From the NCBI GenBank assembly GCA_963675665.1, contig OY776510.1, positions 1,440,001 through 1,504,000 of the forward strand: 64,000 bases of DNA. The letters are read 5' to 3'. Below are positions 54,132-63,674 of this stretch, in pieces. This stretch comes from Spirochaetia bacterium. GTDB taxonomy: Bacteria > Spirochaetota > Spirochaetia > UBA9216. The notes under the pieces are model-generated. The model made no database searches, had not been told where the DNA came from, and saw only the letters and a program-made list of their open reading frames with translations. Both the position numbers and the translations under genes were made by a program. The number at the start of each line of letters is the position of its first letter. The first letter of the stretch is position 1.

Positions 54132-55334
54132 ATGAAGGCGGGCTGGCAGGTCAAACGGCTGGGAGAAGTTTCTGAGATTAAGCCTCCTAAACGGGAAGCG
54201 AAAAGTATGCTCAAGGATGAAGATCTTGTCTCGTTTGTTCCGATGGATGTTCTTGGAATCGATCAGAAATATTTTTACCCTAACCAAACACGAAAACTGT
54301 CGGCAGTAGCAGGAAGCTACACATATTTTAAAAATAACGATGTTCTGCTCGCCAAAATAACTCCCTGTTTTGAGAATGGAAAATTGGGGATTGCAAAAAA
54401 TCTTGAAAATGGAGTTGGTTTCGGATCCAGTGAATTTATTGTTTATCGACCGAGTCAGAACGAATTGTTTTCTGAGTTCCTTTATTATTTTTTGAGCCAA
54501 CCGTCTTTCAGGGAAGAGGGAAAGAAAAGAATGTCCGGAGCAGTAGGACATAAACGAATCCCGAAAGATTTTTATGAACAACTTGAAATCCCCATCCCCC
54601 CTCTTCCCGAGCAGAAACAAATCGTCGCGAAACTTGATGAAGTTTTTGCGGCAATTGATAAAGCCAAAGCCAATATTGAGAAAAACATAGAAAACGCGAA
54701 AGAATTATACCAGAGCAAGCTTAACGAGGTTTTTTCACAGAAGGGCGAGGGCTGGGAATTCACGTCTCTGGGAAAACTTTTATTTGTGAAAAGTGGAGGA
54801 ACTCCTCTAAAGAGTAAAAAGGAATTTTGGGTTGATGGTATAATTCCTTGGTATTCATCAGGTGAATTAAATAATGTCTATACAAACAGATCTAATAATT
54901 TTATTACCGAGATAGGTTTAAATAATTCTAACGCAAAATTATTTCCTAAAGGTTCATTATTGATTGGAATGTATGATACTGCGGCTTTAAAAATGTCCAT
55001 CTTGGATCGTAATGCTGCATTTAACCAGGCTATTGCCGGAGTAAAGCCCACTGAACAAATTAATTTATTATTCATCATGTACTATATTAACTCAATTAGA
55101 AATGTATTATTAAATGAGAGAAGAGGAGTACGTCAAAAGAATTTAAGCCTAAAAAAAATTTGTGACATAAGAATTCCTTTATTTAAATTACAGAACCAAA
55201 ATAAAATGGTTGATGTTATTAATAATTATCAAAATAAAATAATTGTATTAGAAAAGGCTTACACCGCCAAACTATCCGCTCTCGACGAGCTTAAAAAAAC
55301 CGTATTACAAAAAGCATTCAGGGGAGAACTATGA
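54132..55334 (+). CDS. hsdS: Type I R-M specificity subunit
   Basis: Two TRDs, IPIPPLPEQKQIV conserved region and C-terminal LQKAFRGEL. Confidence 0.95.
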   Translation: MKAGWQVKRLGEVSEIKPPKREAKSMLKDEDLVSFVPMDVLGIDQKYFYPNQTRKLSAVAGSYTYFKNNDVLLAKITPCFENGKLGIAKNLENGVGFGSSEFIVYRPSQNELFSEFLYYFLSQPSFREEGKKRMSGAVGHKRIPKDFYEQLEIPIPPLPEQKQIVAKLDEVFAAIDKAKANIEKNIENAKELYQSKLNEVFSQKGEGWEFTSLGKLLFVKSGGTPLKSKKEFWVDGIIPWYSSGELNNVYTNRSNNFITEIGLNNSNAKLFPKGSLLIGMYDTAALKMSILDRNAAFNQAIAGVKPTEQINLLFIMYYINSIRNVLLNERRGVRQKNLSLKKICDIRIPLFKLQNQNKMVDVINNYQNKIIVLEKAYTAKLSALDELKKTVLQKAFRGEL

Positions 55335-55471
55335 ACCCGACCGAAACTGAGATTATCCTGTACCGCACCGCCGACGTGGTTGCAGTTACCGAGGAATCCT
55401 CGACAACTGCCGCAGACAAAGAAGATATCAGGGAACTGGAAGAGCTGGAGCGGAGGCTGACAGATGAATGA
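55331..55471 (+). pseudogene. 46-aa mini-ORF, likely an internally deleted RhuM-like gene
   Basis: MNPTETEIILYRTADVVAVTEESSTTAADKEDIRELEELERRLTDE*; overlaps the hsdS stop (ATGA) and the hsdR start. Confidence 0.55.
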
Positions 55472-57806
55472 AGCCCAGACCCGTTATGATCTGATTGACA
55501 CCGCCCTGAAGGAGTCAGGCTGGGGTGTGGTTGATGGCAGCCGCATACGGGTGGAGTATCCGATAACCGCCGGCAGGTTGACCGGAGGGGGGCGGAGGGC
55601 AAAAGCCCTGTCGGCTGATTATGTGCTTCAGTTTAAAAACCGTAACATTGCCGTAATTGAGGCGAAGGCCGATACCGTCTATTACACCGACGGCGTTGCC
55701 CAGGCCAAGGATTACGCCGGGCGTCTGCATATCCGCTATACTTATTCAACAAACGGCAGGCGGATATATCAGGTTGATATGGAAACAGGCTCCGAATGTG
55801 ATGTCGACAGTTTCCCTTCGCCTGATGAGCTTTGGAATATGTGTTCTCCTGCGCCTTCGAACAAGTCTGCTGCCGACGTGGTTGACTGGCGAAGCCGGCT
55901 GTTTGCCGTCCCCTTTGAAGACCGTTCGGGCACATGGCAGCCGCGATACTACCAGGACAACGCGATAACCCACGCCCTTGAGGCTGTGGCCGACGGCAAA
56001 AAACGAATCCTGCTTACGCTTGCAACCGGCACCGGAAAAACCGCAATAGCGTTTCAGATTGCCTGGAAGCTGTTTCACGCAAAATGGAATCTGCTGCGCG
56101 ACGGCAGCAGAAGCCCCCGGATACTTTTTCTGGCTGATCGTAACTTCCTTGCAGATCAGGCGTTTAACGCCTTCAACGCCTTTGAAGAAGATGCTCTTGT
56201 CAGGATTGCGCCGTCTGAAATCCGTAAAAAGGGCAGGGTCCCTAAAAACGGCGGCATCTTCTTTACGATATTTCAAACCTTTATGAGCGGTCCCGACGGT
56301 TCACCGTATTTCGGCGAGTATCCGAAGGATTTTTTCGACTTCATAATCATAGACGAATGTCACCGCGGCGGGGCCAAAGACGAGGGCGCCTGGCGCGGGA
56401 TCCTTGAATATTTCAGCCCGGCAATCCAGCTTGGGCTGACCGCCACCCCCAAACGCGATGTAAATCGCGACACCTACGCCTACTTCGGCGAGCCGGTTTA
56501 TATCTATTCGCTTAAAGACGGAATAAACGACGGTTTCCTGACCCCCTTCAGGGTAAAGGAGATTGCAACAACCGGCGACACATATGTCTACACGCCGGAC
56601 GACACCGTAATAGAGGGTGATATTGAAGAGGGGCGTGAATATTCCCAGGCCGAGCAGAACCGTATAATCGAGCTGATGGATATTGAGCGTTTCCGTGTCA
56701 GACAGTTTATGCAGATGATTAACCGGAACCAAAAGACCCTCGTGTTCTGCGCTACCCAGATTCATGCCGCAGCCGTGCGCGATCTGATCAACCAGGAAGC
56801 CGACAGCACAAATCCGTTCTATTGCTGCCGGGTAACCGCCGACGACGGAAAACTGGGAGAAGAGCATCTGCGTGATTTTCAGGATAACGAGAAAACAATT
56901 CCTACAATTCTGACCACCTCGCAAAAACTCAGCACCGGTGTGGACGCGCCTGAAATTCGCAATATCGTATTGATGCGATCCGTAGATTCGATAGTCGAGT
57001 TCAAGCAGATTGTCGGTCGGGGCACAAGGCTGTTCGACGGCAAGGACTATTTTACAATCTATGATTTTGTAAAAGCTCACAAGCATTTTCATGACGATGA
57101 ATGGGACGGCGAACCTCTTGAACCCGAACCTCCAGCCGATAGAGAGCCGAAAAAAGATATGCCCGGGTTTTATATGCCCCGGGGTGATCAGGACGGCGGC
57201 GAGGATGAAACAAGGCAGCGCTACATGATTCGGGTAAAGTTGTCTGACGACAATATTCGTGAGCTGGACGCAATGGTAAAAACAAGTTTCTGGAGCCCTT
57301 CGGGGAAACCGGTATCGGCACAGGAGTTTATCAGACAGCTGTACGGAGATCTTCCCTCGTTTTTCAGCGATGAAAATGAGCTGAGACGCATATGGAGCCT
57401 GCCTGGTACCAGAAAGCGTCTTCTTGAGGAACTCTCCGAGAAGGGATACACGGCAGCGCAGCTTTCCGATTTATCAAAACTTGTGCGCGCTGAAGATTGC
57501 GATCTGTTCGACGTCCTTTCATATATTGCATGGCACCGACAGCTTGTGCCCCGTCTTGAACGGGCCCGGCAGGCAAAGATTCATTTTGATTCGTATAATC
57601 CCGGCCAGCAGGAATTTCTTAATTTCGTGCTCGAACAGTATGTAAAGGTCGGAGTATCGGAACTTGACGAATCAAAACTTTCTGATATCCTGATCCTGAA
57701 ATATTCAGCAATTGAAGATGCCAAAGCCGCGCTCGGAGAGATCCGGGATATCCGCGATACCTTTATAGGTTTTCAGCAGAATCTGTACAAAGATGGAGTC
57801 GCATAG
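55464..57806 (+). CDS. hsdR: Type I restriction subunit (EcoAI/EcoEI-like)
   Basis: ADY...IEAK nuclease motif, ATGTGKT, DECHRG, LTATP, QIVGRGTR and an EcoEI-like C-terminus. Confidence 0.95.
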   Translation: MNEAQTRYDLIDTALKESGWGVVDGSRIRVEYPITAGRLTGGGRRAKALSADYVLQFKNRNIAVIEAKADTVYYTDGVAQAKDYAGRLHIRYTYSTNGRRIYQVDMETGSECDVDSFPSPDELWNMCSPAPSNKSAADVVDWRSRLFAVPFEDRSGTWQPRYYQDNAITHALEAVADGKKRILLTLATGTGKTAIAFQIAWKLFHAKWNLLRDGSRSPRILFLADRNFLADQAFNAFNAFEEDALVRIAPSEIRKKGRVPKNGGIFFTIFQTFMSGPDGSPYFGEYPKDFFDFIIIDECHRGGAKDEGAWRGILEYFSPAIQLGLTATPKRDVNRDTYAYFGEPVYIYSLKDGINDGFLTPFRVKEIATTGDTYVYTPDDTVIEGDIEEGREYSQAEQNRIIELMDIERFRVRQFMQMINRNQKTLVFCATQIHAAAVRDLINQEADSTNPFYCCRVTADDGKLGEEHLRDFQDNEKTIPTILTTSQKLSTGVDAPEIRNIVLMRSVDSIVEFKQIVGRGTRLFDGKDYFTIYDFVKAHKHFHDDEWDGEPLEPEPPADREPKKDMPGFYMPRGDQDGGEDETRQRYMIRVKLSDDNIRELDAMVKTSFWSPSGKPVSAQEFIRQLYGDLPSFFSDENELRRIWSLPGTRKRLLEELSEKGYTAAQLSDLSKLVRAEDCDLFDVLSYIAWHRQLVPRLERARQAKIHFDSYNPGQQEFLNFVLEQYVKVGVSELDESKLSDILILKYSAIEDAKAALGEIRDIRDTFIGFQQNLYKDGVA

Positions 57807-57817
57807 AAGGATAATTG

Positions 57818-58180
57818 ATGAACAGATCTGAAAGGATACTGATAATTATTGCCGCCGCCGGTTTTGCCGTCGGGATCGTAACGCATACTGTTGAATTAAT
57901 ATCCGGGGGCTGGCTTCCCTATACATCTGTTCCGCTATGGAAAAATATTTACTGGACATCCCTGACTTTCCTGGATCCCCTTGTAATTGTTTTGCTGTTT
58001 GCAAGGCCGCTTCCCGCGCTGGTTCCGGCAAACCTGGTAATCATTTCAGATGTGATCATAAATACCGGGGTATTCAATTATTTCGGGCACTACAGGATAA
58101 TCATGCAATGCGCATTCTGCGTATACGTGATGGCGGTTTCAGTTTATTTTCTGACAAAGAAGAGGATGCGTAACGTATGA
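57818..58180 (+). CDS. Hypothetical membrane protein
   Basis: Four hydrophobic segments; YWTSLTFLDP. Confidence 0.65.
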   Translation: MNRSERILIIIAAAGFAVGIVTHTVELISGGWLPYTSVPLWKNIYWTSLTFLDPLVIVLLFARPLPALVPANLVIISDVIINTGVFNYFGHYRIIMQCAFCVYVMAVSVYFLTKKRMRNV

Positions 58181-58641
58181 AACTTGTATACAGGGTCCTT
58201 GTCGCCGCAGCTGTTCTTCCTCTTGTTGCAGCAGGCGTAATTCCTTCCGTTATCATTATTTTTGATCCCTGGCGACAGCGATTGTTTATTCCCGGGTTTA
58301 TCGTTCTTTCCGCCGGCATCGCGTTAACAGCAGTTTGTATCCGTGATTTTTATAAGCGCGGCGGCGGGACTCTTGCCCCCTGGGATGCTCCGGTAAACCT
58401 GGTTGTTACCGGGCCGTACCGTTATTGCCGCAATCCGATGTATGGCGGTGTTTTGATAACCATAGCCGGCCTTGCGCTGTTTTTTTCTTCACCGTTGCTG
58501 TTGCTTTACAACATCGCAGCCGGATTTATTTTCCACATGAGGATAATAAAATATGAGGAACCTGAACTGCAGAGATTGTTCGGAAAGCGCTGGGTGATCT
58601 ATACCGCCATGGTTAACCGCTGGTTTCCGGGATTCAAATAA
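58177..58641 (+). CDS. Isoprenylcysteine carboxyl methyltransferase/PEMT-family membrane protein
   Basis: GTLAPW, LVVTGPYRYCRNPMY and EEPEL...FG. Confidence 0.88.
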   Translation: MKLVYRVLVAAAVLPLVAAGVIPSVIIIFDPWRQRLFIPGFIVLSAGIALTAVCIRDFYKRGGGTLAPWDAPVNLVVTGPYRYCRNPMYGGVLITIAGLALFFSSPLLLLYNIAAGFIFHMRIIKYEEPELQRLFGKRWVIYTAMVNRWFPGFK

Positions 58642-58707
58642 CAATTTGTTTTTGGAATCTCCGTTTTTTTAATTGATCGCATAAAAGAAATTCATATAAT
58701 TGTTTGT

Positions 58708-59937
58708 ATGGACAGGATTGGCTGGAAAGAACTCTTTAAGGGATTTGAAGATAGAGAGATGGAACATCAGTATCTGATGAGCCTCCAGAACCCGAAAGAG
58801 TTGAGGATTATCATGGTTTTCGGTATCCTCTTCTATCTTTTATTTCTTGTTATTGACTATATTCTTTTTTCAGAGTATTTCTGCAGTTTTATTGTTATCC
58901 GCTGTGCAATTTTCCTTCCGGTTATGGCTGTTATTTTTTCACTCTCTTATACGCCGTTTTATGAAAAACATTCCCGGCTTCTTATCAGTACTATAGTTTT
59001 TGTGGCGGCTGCCGGAATTATTGCAATGGTATATATTACGCGTGAAAGTGAATATGCTGAACTGTATTATTACGGTGTCTCAATAATCATTATATTTTTC
59101 TATGGAACAGGAAAAATTACATTATCATTTTCAATAATAATCGGACTGCTTGTATATATACCGGCAGTTATTGTTGATATTTTATTCATACAGAATGATT
59201 TTGCCAGGATTATAACCAGGGTTATTTATCTTTTATCAATGGTCCTTGCCGGATCGGTTACCACCGGTGTAATACAGCGCACTTCCCGAAGTAATTTTCT
59301 GAAACAAAAAAGAATTGAAGAACTTTCAATGACAGACCCTCTTACCGGATTAAAGAACCGGTTGTTTTTTGAAACTATAATCAGGAATGAACTGACGGAT
59401 TATATAAGAACTCCCGAAAATCTCGATAGGCCGCCTGAGGCAAGACAGCATGACAGGGATCCTGAAAGCTGCTATGCCCTGATTATGCTTGATATCGATT
59501 ATTTTAAAATAATAAACGATAAATACGGCCATGACACAGGAGATCTGTTTCTCAGGGAATTCTGTGACAGAGTAAAAGAGGTAATAAGGACGGACGATGT
59601 CTTTATAAGATGGGGGGGCGAGGAATTCCTGCTTATATTGCGGCATGCCCGGAAAAAATTCATCGCCAGGTTGAGCAACAGAATCTCCGCAGCTGTATCG
59701 GCACCATTCAGGTTGAAGAACAATGAAATCAGCGCGACGGTTTCCGGGGGATTATTAATTGTGCCGCCGAAATCGGTAAAGTTGGTTCAGAGTATAGACA
59801 ATATGATAGAGTTGGCCGATAAAGCCCTCTACTATTCAAAGAATAACGGAAGAAACAGATTTACCGAGAACGTGATTAAAACAGATGAATCAGGACAATT
59901 TAAAAATATTATGCAGCCGCTGAACTGTGATTACTGA
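58708..59937 (+). CDS. Membrane diguanylate cyclase (GGDEF domain)
   Basis: N-terminal TMs, DPLTGL, DIDYFKIINDKYGH and RWGGEEF. Confidence 0.93.
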   Translation: MDRIGWKELFKGFEDREMEHQYLMSLQNPKELRIIMVFGILFYLLFLVIDYILFSEYFCSFIVIRCAIFLPVMAVIFSLSYTPFYEKHSRLLISTIVFVAAAGIIAMVYITRESEYAELYYYGVSIIIIFFYGTGKITLSFSIIIGLLVYIPAVIVDILFIQNDFARIITRVIYLLSMVLAGSVTTGVIQRTSRSNFLKQKRIEELSMTDPLTGLKNRLFFETIIRNELTDYIRTPENLDRPPEARQHDRDPESCYALIMLDIDYFKIINDKYGHDTGDLFLREFCDRVKEVIRTDDVFIRWGGEEFLLILRHARKKFIARLSNRISAAVSAPFRLKNNEISATVSGGLLIVPPKSVKLVQSIDNMIELADKALYYSKNNGRNRFTENVIKTDESGQFKNIMQPLNCDY

Positions 59938-60044
59938 ACACCTGTTATACCTTACCAAATGAATAATATATAGATAAAAAAATATCAATATCCCGCTTTA
60001 TTATATTGACTCCTGATTATTTTCATGTTTTCATAGGTTTATGG

Positions 60045-60183
60045 GTTCTCCGAACCGTACCCCCTAAAAGCAAAAGCCGGTATCTGACGGCTTAAAGTTC
60101 ATGGAGTCCGGTCGCGTACCGTCTGCCGACGGTCAAGGGTATATCTGTAAACGGGTATGCCTCCCGTGTTTGGAAAGGGGAAC
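60045..60183 (+). ncRNA. Moco/Tuco RNA motif (molybdenum/tungsten cofactor riboswitch candidate)
   Basis: GTTCTCC...GGGGAAC P1 stem, CCTAA...CATGG receptor-like P2, and AGGGT...GCCTCCCGTGTTTGGAAAGG; lies upstream of a molybdate/tungstate transporter. Confidence 0.85.
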
Positions 60184-60255
60184 GGAATTTACAGTCGGAT
60201 ATTCTGCTTATTCCTTCCCGATGCCCATCGTATTCATCGTGAGGAGGAAATAAAG

Positions 60256-61305
60256 ATGAAGAAAAAACTGATTGTAATGATCCCTGTCCTTTTACTGATC
60301 GTCAGTATGCTGCCGGTATTTGCCGGAGGACAAACCGAAAAACTGCCTGCGGCAGAACCTGTTACTGAAGCCGCCGCACCTGTCGCGGAAGCGGCCTTGC
60401 CCGAATTATCCGGAATTGTAACCATTTTTCATGCAGGAAGCCTGGCTGTTCCCCTGGAAGCTATCGAGAAAGAATTCGAGAAGATGTATCCTGATGTTGA
60501 TATACAGCGTGAAGGAGCGGGAAGTCAGGCGTGCGCAAGAAAGATTACCGATCTCGGCAAGCCGTGCGACATTATGGCTTCAGCCGACTACAAGGTTATC
60601 GACAAGCTGCTGATTCCCGATTATGCGGACTGGAATGTACGTTTTGCGACAAACCAGCTTGTACTCTGCTATACCGGCGACAGCGTCGATGCCGACAAGG
60701 TCAACGCCGACAACTGGTATGAAATCCTGCAGAAAGACGGAATTATATGGGGACATTCCGATCCCAATCTGGACCCGTGCGGATACAGATCGCTGATGGT
60801 TCTCCAGCTTGCGGAAAAATATTACGGTATCGACGGCCTGTATGACGACTGTATTGCCAACAGGCCCGAAGAAAATATCAGGCCGAAATCGGTTGAGCTT
60901 ATTTCGCTTCTGCAGAGCGGTAATATGGACTATGCCTGGGAGTATCTTTCAGTAGCAGTTCAGCATAATCTGAAATACATAATTTTGCCGGATGAAATCA
61001 ACCTCGGTAATTATCAGTTTGATGATACATATGAAACCGCCGTTGTAGAAGTGTCCGGAAAAGACCCGGGAACAACAATGGAGATTGTGGGACAATCCGT
61101 TACATACGGCGTGACCATGATAAAGGATGCCCCGAACCGTGATGCTGCTGTGGCTTTTCTTGAGTTTATGCTTTCCAAAGACGGCGGGCTTGCGATACTT
61201 GAGAGCCAGGGACAGCCTCCGTTTGTTCCTGCACGGGTACCGTCCTCAGAAATGCTGAATGCTGTTCCTGCCGAACTGAAAACTCTTCTTGAAGTGAAAA
61301 ACTAG
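60256..61305 (+). CDS. wtpA: Tungstate/molybdate ABC transporter substrate-binding protein
   Basis: [22 protein letters not shown] and EYLSVA motifs; ATG 60256 after GAGGAGG. Confidence 0.88.
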   Translation: MKKKLIVMIPVLLLIVSMLPVFAGGQTEKLPAAEPVTEAAAPVAEAALPELSGIVTIFHAGSLAVPLEAIEKEFEKMYPDVDIQREGAGSQACARKITDLGKPCDIMASADYKVIDKLLIPDYADWNVRFATNQLVLCYTGDSVDADKVNADNWYEILQKDGIIWGHSDPNLDPCGYRSLMVLQLAEKYYGIDGLYDDCIANRPEENIRPKSVELISLLQSGNMDYAWEYLSVAVQHNLKYIILPDEINLGNYQFDDTYETAVVEVSGKDPGTTMEIVGQSVTYGVTMIKDAPNRDAAVAFLEFMLSKDGGLAILESQGQPPFVPARVPSSEMLNAVPAELKTLLEVKN

Positions 61306-61315
61306 GTTTTATTCC

Positions 61316-62104
61316 ATGCTTACCCGAAAGGAGCCGTTTTTCTGGCTGACCGTGTCGTCTGCGGTCCTCGTTCTTGTACTGATTTTGCTGCCTCTTGTTC
61401 AGCTGATGACGGCTCCCGACGGGAAAATGCTTATTGAAACCATCAGGGATAAAAATGTTCTGCGTTCAATCTGGCTGAGTATTTATACAGCCGGACTGGC
61501 TGCCCTGATTTGTTTTATAATGGGTGTGCCGCTGGCATATCTTCTTGCGCGGACCGAGTTCTTCGGCAAGCATCTTGTGGAAAGCATAATCGATCTTCCC
61601 ATTGTAATTCCTCATCCTGTTGTAGGCATAGCCATACTCGGCGTGGTAGGCAAGACCCATCCGCTGGGCAGGCTGCTGTACAGTCTCGGTATCAGGATGA
61701 TGGGATCTGTTCCGGGAATAATTACGGTCCTTGTTTTTGTGGGGCTCCCGTTTTTTATCAATTCGGCAAAGGACGGCTTTGAGAGCGTCTCTCCGCGGCT
61801 GGAAAATGTATCCCGCAGTCTCGGAGCACCAATGGGAAGCACCTTTTTCAGGGTCACTTTTCCACTTGCCTGGCGCAGTATTCTTATAGGTTTTGTAATG
61901 GCCTGTGCCAGGGCCGTCAGCGAATTCGGGGCCGTTGTTGTTGTGGCATATCATCCGATGATAGCGCCTGTGATGATCTATGAGCGGTATGAAGCTTACG
62001 GTCTTTCATATTCCCAGCCGCTGGCATTCTGGCTGGTGTTATTCTGTCTTATTCTGTTTCTGATAATAAGGACCCTGACGCTGAAGAGGAAGATGCCGTT
62101 ATGA
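61316..62104 (+). CDS. wtpB: Tungstate/molybdate ABC permease
   Basis: DLPIVIPHPVVG and ARAVSEFGAV. Confidence 0.88.
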   Translation: MLTRKEPFFWLTVSSAVLVLVLILLPLVQLMTAPDGKMLIETIRDKNVLRSIWLSIYTAGLAALICFIMGVPLAYLLARTEFFGKHLVESIIDLPIVIPHPVVGIAILGVVGKTHPLGRLLYSLGIRMMGSVPGIITVLVFVGLPFFINSAKDGFESVSPRLENVSRSLGAPMGSTFFRVTFPLAWRSILIGFVMACARAVSEFGAVVVVAYHPMIAPVMIYERYEAYGLSYSQPLAFWLVLFCLILFLIIRTLTLKRKMPL

Positions 62105-63138
62105 TTCGAATAGAAAACCTTGACGTTGTCTTCGACAATTTTGAACTTCACGGAATTAATCTCGATATAAAACAAAACGAGTTTTTTGTTCTTATGGGGC
62201 CCACCGGGGCGGGGAAAACTGTACTTATCGAATCAATTGCCGGAATCACACCGGTAAAATCGGGCCGAATCGAATTATCCGGCCGCGACATAACCCGTCT
62301 GCCGCCTGAAAAACGCGGTGTGGGTATAGTGTATCAGGATTACGCCCTTTTTCCGCATATGAGCGTTAAGGAAAATATTCTCTACGCGGTAAAATACCAT
62401 TCTCTCGAAAAGGCGCCGGCGAAAGAACGCCTCGAAAAACTTTGCGGAGATCTCGATATAAAACACCTTCTTGACCGGTATCCGTCAACCCTCAGCGGCG
62501 GGGAACAGCAGCGGACGGCGCTTGCCCGGGCCATGATGTTTGAACCGGAGGTGCTGATGCTTGATGAACCGCTGTCGGCCCTTGACCCCGGGTTCCGCCT
62601 TGAGATTCAGGAGCTGCTGCGAAGGCTGCGTGATACTACCGAGATTACATTTCTTATGGTGACCCATGATTTTTCCGAGGCCCTGTCGCTTGCAGATCGC
62701 GCAGCCGTAATGAACAACGGACGGATCGAGCAGATCGATGAAGTGCAGAATCTGTTCAGAAAGCCGGCGACTGAGTTCGTGGCAGGCTTTGTGGGCATGA
62801 AAAACATAATACATGCCGATATCAGCGGCAACCTGGCAACAGCCGGAGAGTTAAAGATTGAACTTGCCGAAACTGCTGAATGTCAAAAAGGCATATTAGC
62901 TGTAAGACCGGAAGATATTGTTCTGTACGGAAAGCCCCCTGAAAACGTACAGGTAAACTCCTTTAAGGGAAGGATAGCCGCTTCTGTTGATCGCGGGTTC
63001 TTTTTTGAGGTTGTTATAAATTTTTCAAATCACGATTTTACAGCCCTTCTGACAAAGGGCGCGGCGGGAGAACTTGATCTGAAAGCCGGAGAGCATGTAT
63101 TTTTTTCCTTTAAACCGGAATCAATTCACTGTTTTTGA
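62101..63138 (+). CDS. wtpC: Tungstate/molybdate ABC ATPase with TOBE domain
   Basis: GPTGAGKT, LSGGEQQR and LDEPLSALD. Confidence 0.88.
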   Translation: MIRIENLDVVFDNFELHGINLDIKQNEFFVLMGPTGAGKTVLIESIAGITPVKSGRIELSGRDITRLPPEKRGVGIVYQDYALFPHMSVKENILYAVKYHSLEKAPAKERLEKLCGDLDIKHLLDRYPSTLSGGEQQRTALARAMMFEPEVLMLDEPLSALDPGFRLEIQELLRRLRDTTEITFLMVTHDFSEALSLADRAAVMNNGRIEQIDEVQNLFRKPATEFVAGFVGMKNIIHADISGNLATAGELKIELAETAECQKGILAVRPEDIVLYGKPPENVQVNSFKGRIAASVDRGFFFEVVINFSNHDFTALLTKGAAGELDLKAGEHVFFSFKPESIHCF

Positions 63139-63212
63139 TTCCCGGTACAGATTTGAAGGATGTGAAGATCTTTATTGACCTGATGCGATATGCCGCCTAA
63201 TATTATCAATAT

Positions 63213-63596
63213 ATGAAGATGACTAAAAACAAACGGTTGATTCTTGATATTCTTGAAAAAGAAGACCTGCCTCTTAATGCATTACAGATTCATAAGCATT
63301 GTGACTTCGGACCGGATCTGGCAACAGTCTATCGGAATCTTCAATCGCTTGAAAAAGACGGAGCTGCCGAATCTTTTGTGTTTGAATGTGAAGACAGGGG
63401 AATCGAGCGGTATTATTCAGTAAAAAGAGAAAAGCACATACATTATCTTCACTGTGAATCATGTCATAGATTTCTTCCTTTAAATATTTGTCCCTTTGAT
63501 TCAATTTCGAATGTGATTGAAGATAAATATGATTTTAAAATACATCAGCATTTTTTTATGGTGAAAGGATTATGCAGTGAATGCAGAGAAAAGTAA
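63213..63596 (+). CDS. Fur-family regulator (Zur-like)
   Basis: LATVYRNL, HIHYLHCESC and C-terminal CSEC; precedes a metal-binding protein gene. Confidence 0.85.
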   Translation: MKMTKNKRLILDILEKEDLPLNALQIHKHCDFGPDLATVYRNLQSLEKDGAAESFVFECEDRGIERYYSVKREKHIHYLHCESCHRFLPLNICPFDSISNVIEDKYDFKIHQHFFMVKGLCSECREK

Positions 63597-63637
63597 AAAT
63601 GATTTTTTTGTTGACCTGCTCTGTTGATATTATTATG

Positions 63638-63662
63638 TTATTTGCAAATGATTTGCAAATAA
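63638..63662. promoter_or_regulatory. Putative Zur/Fur box
   Basis: Perfect 12-1-12 inverted repeat TTATTTGCAAAT-G-ATTTGCAAATAA just downstream of a TTGACC...TATTAT promoter. Confidence 0.75.
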
Positions 63663-63674
63663 AGAGGTGAAGCA

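Noticed and set aside
60157-60255. N-terminal extensions in the ORF track (wtpA 60157, fusA 5827, perR 31844, hsdM 52580, higB 49388)
   Set aside because: They run through riboswitch or promoter sequence; the downstream starts have a proper SD or promoter spacing and match family N-termini.
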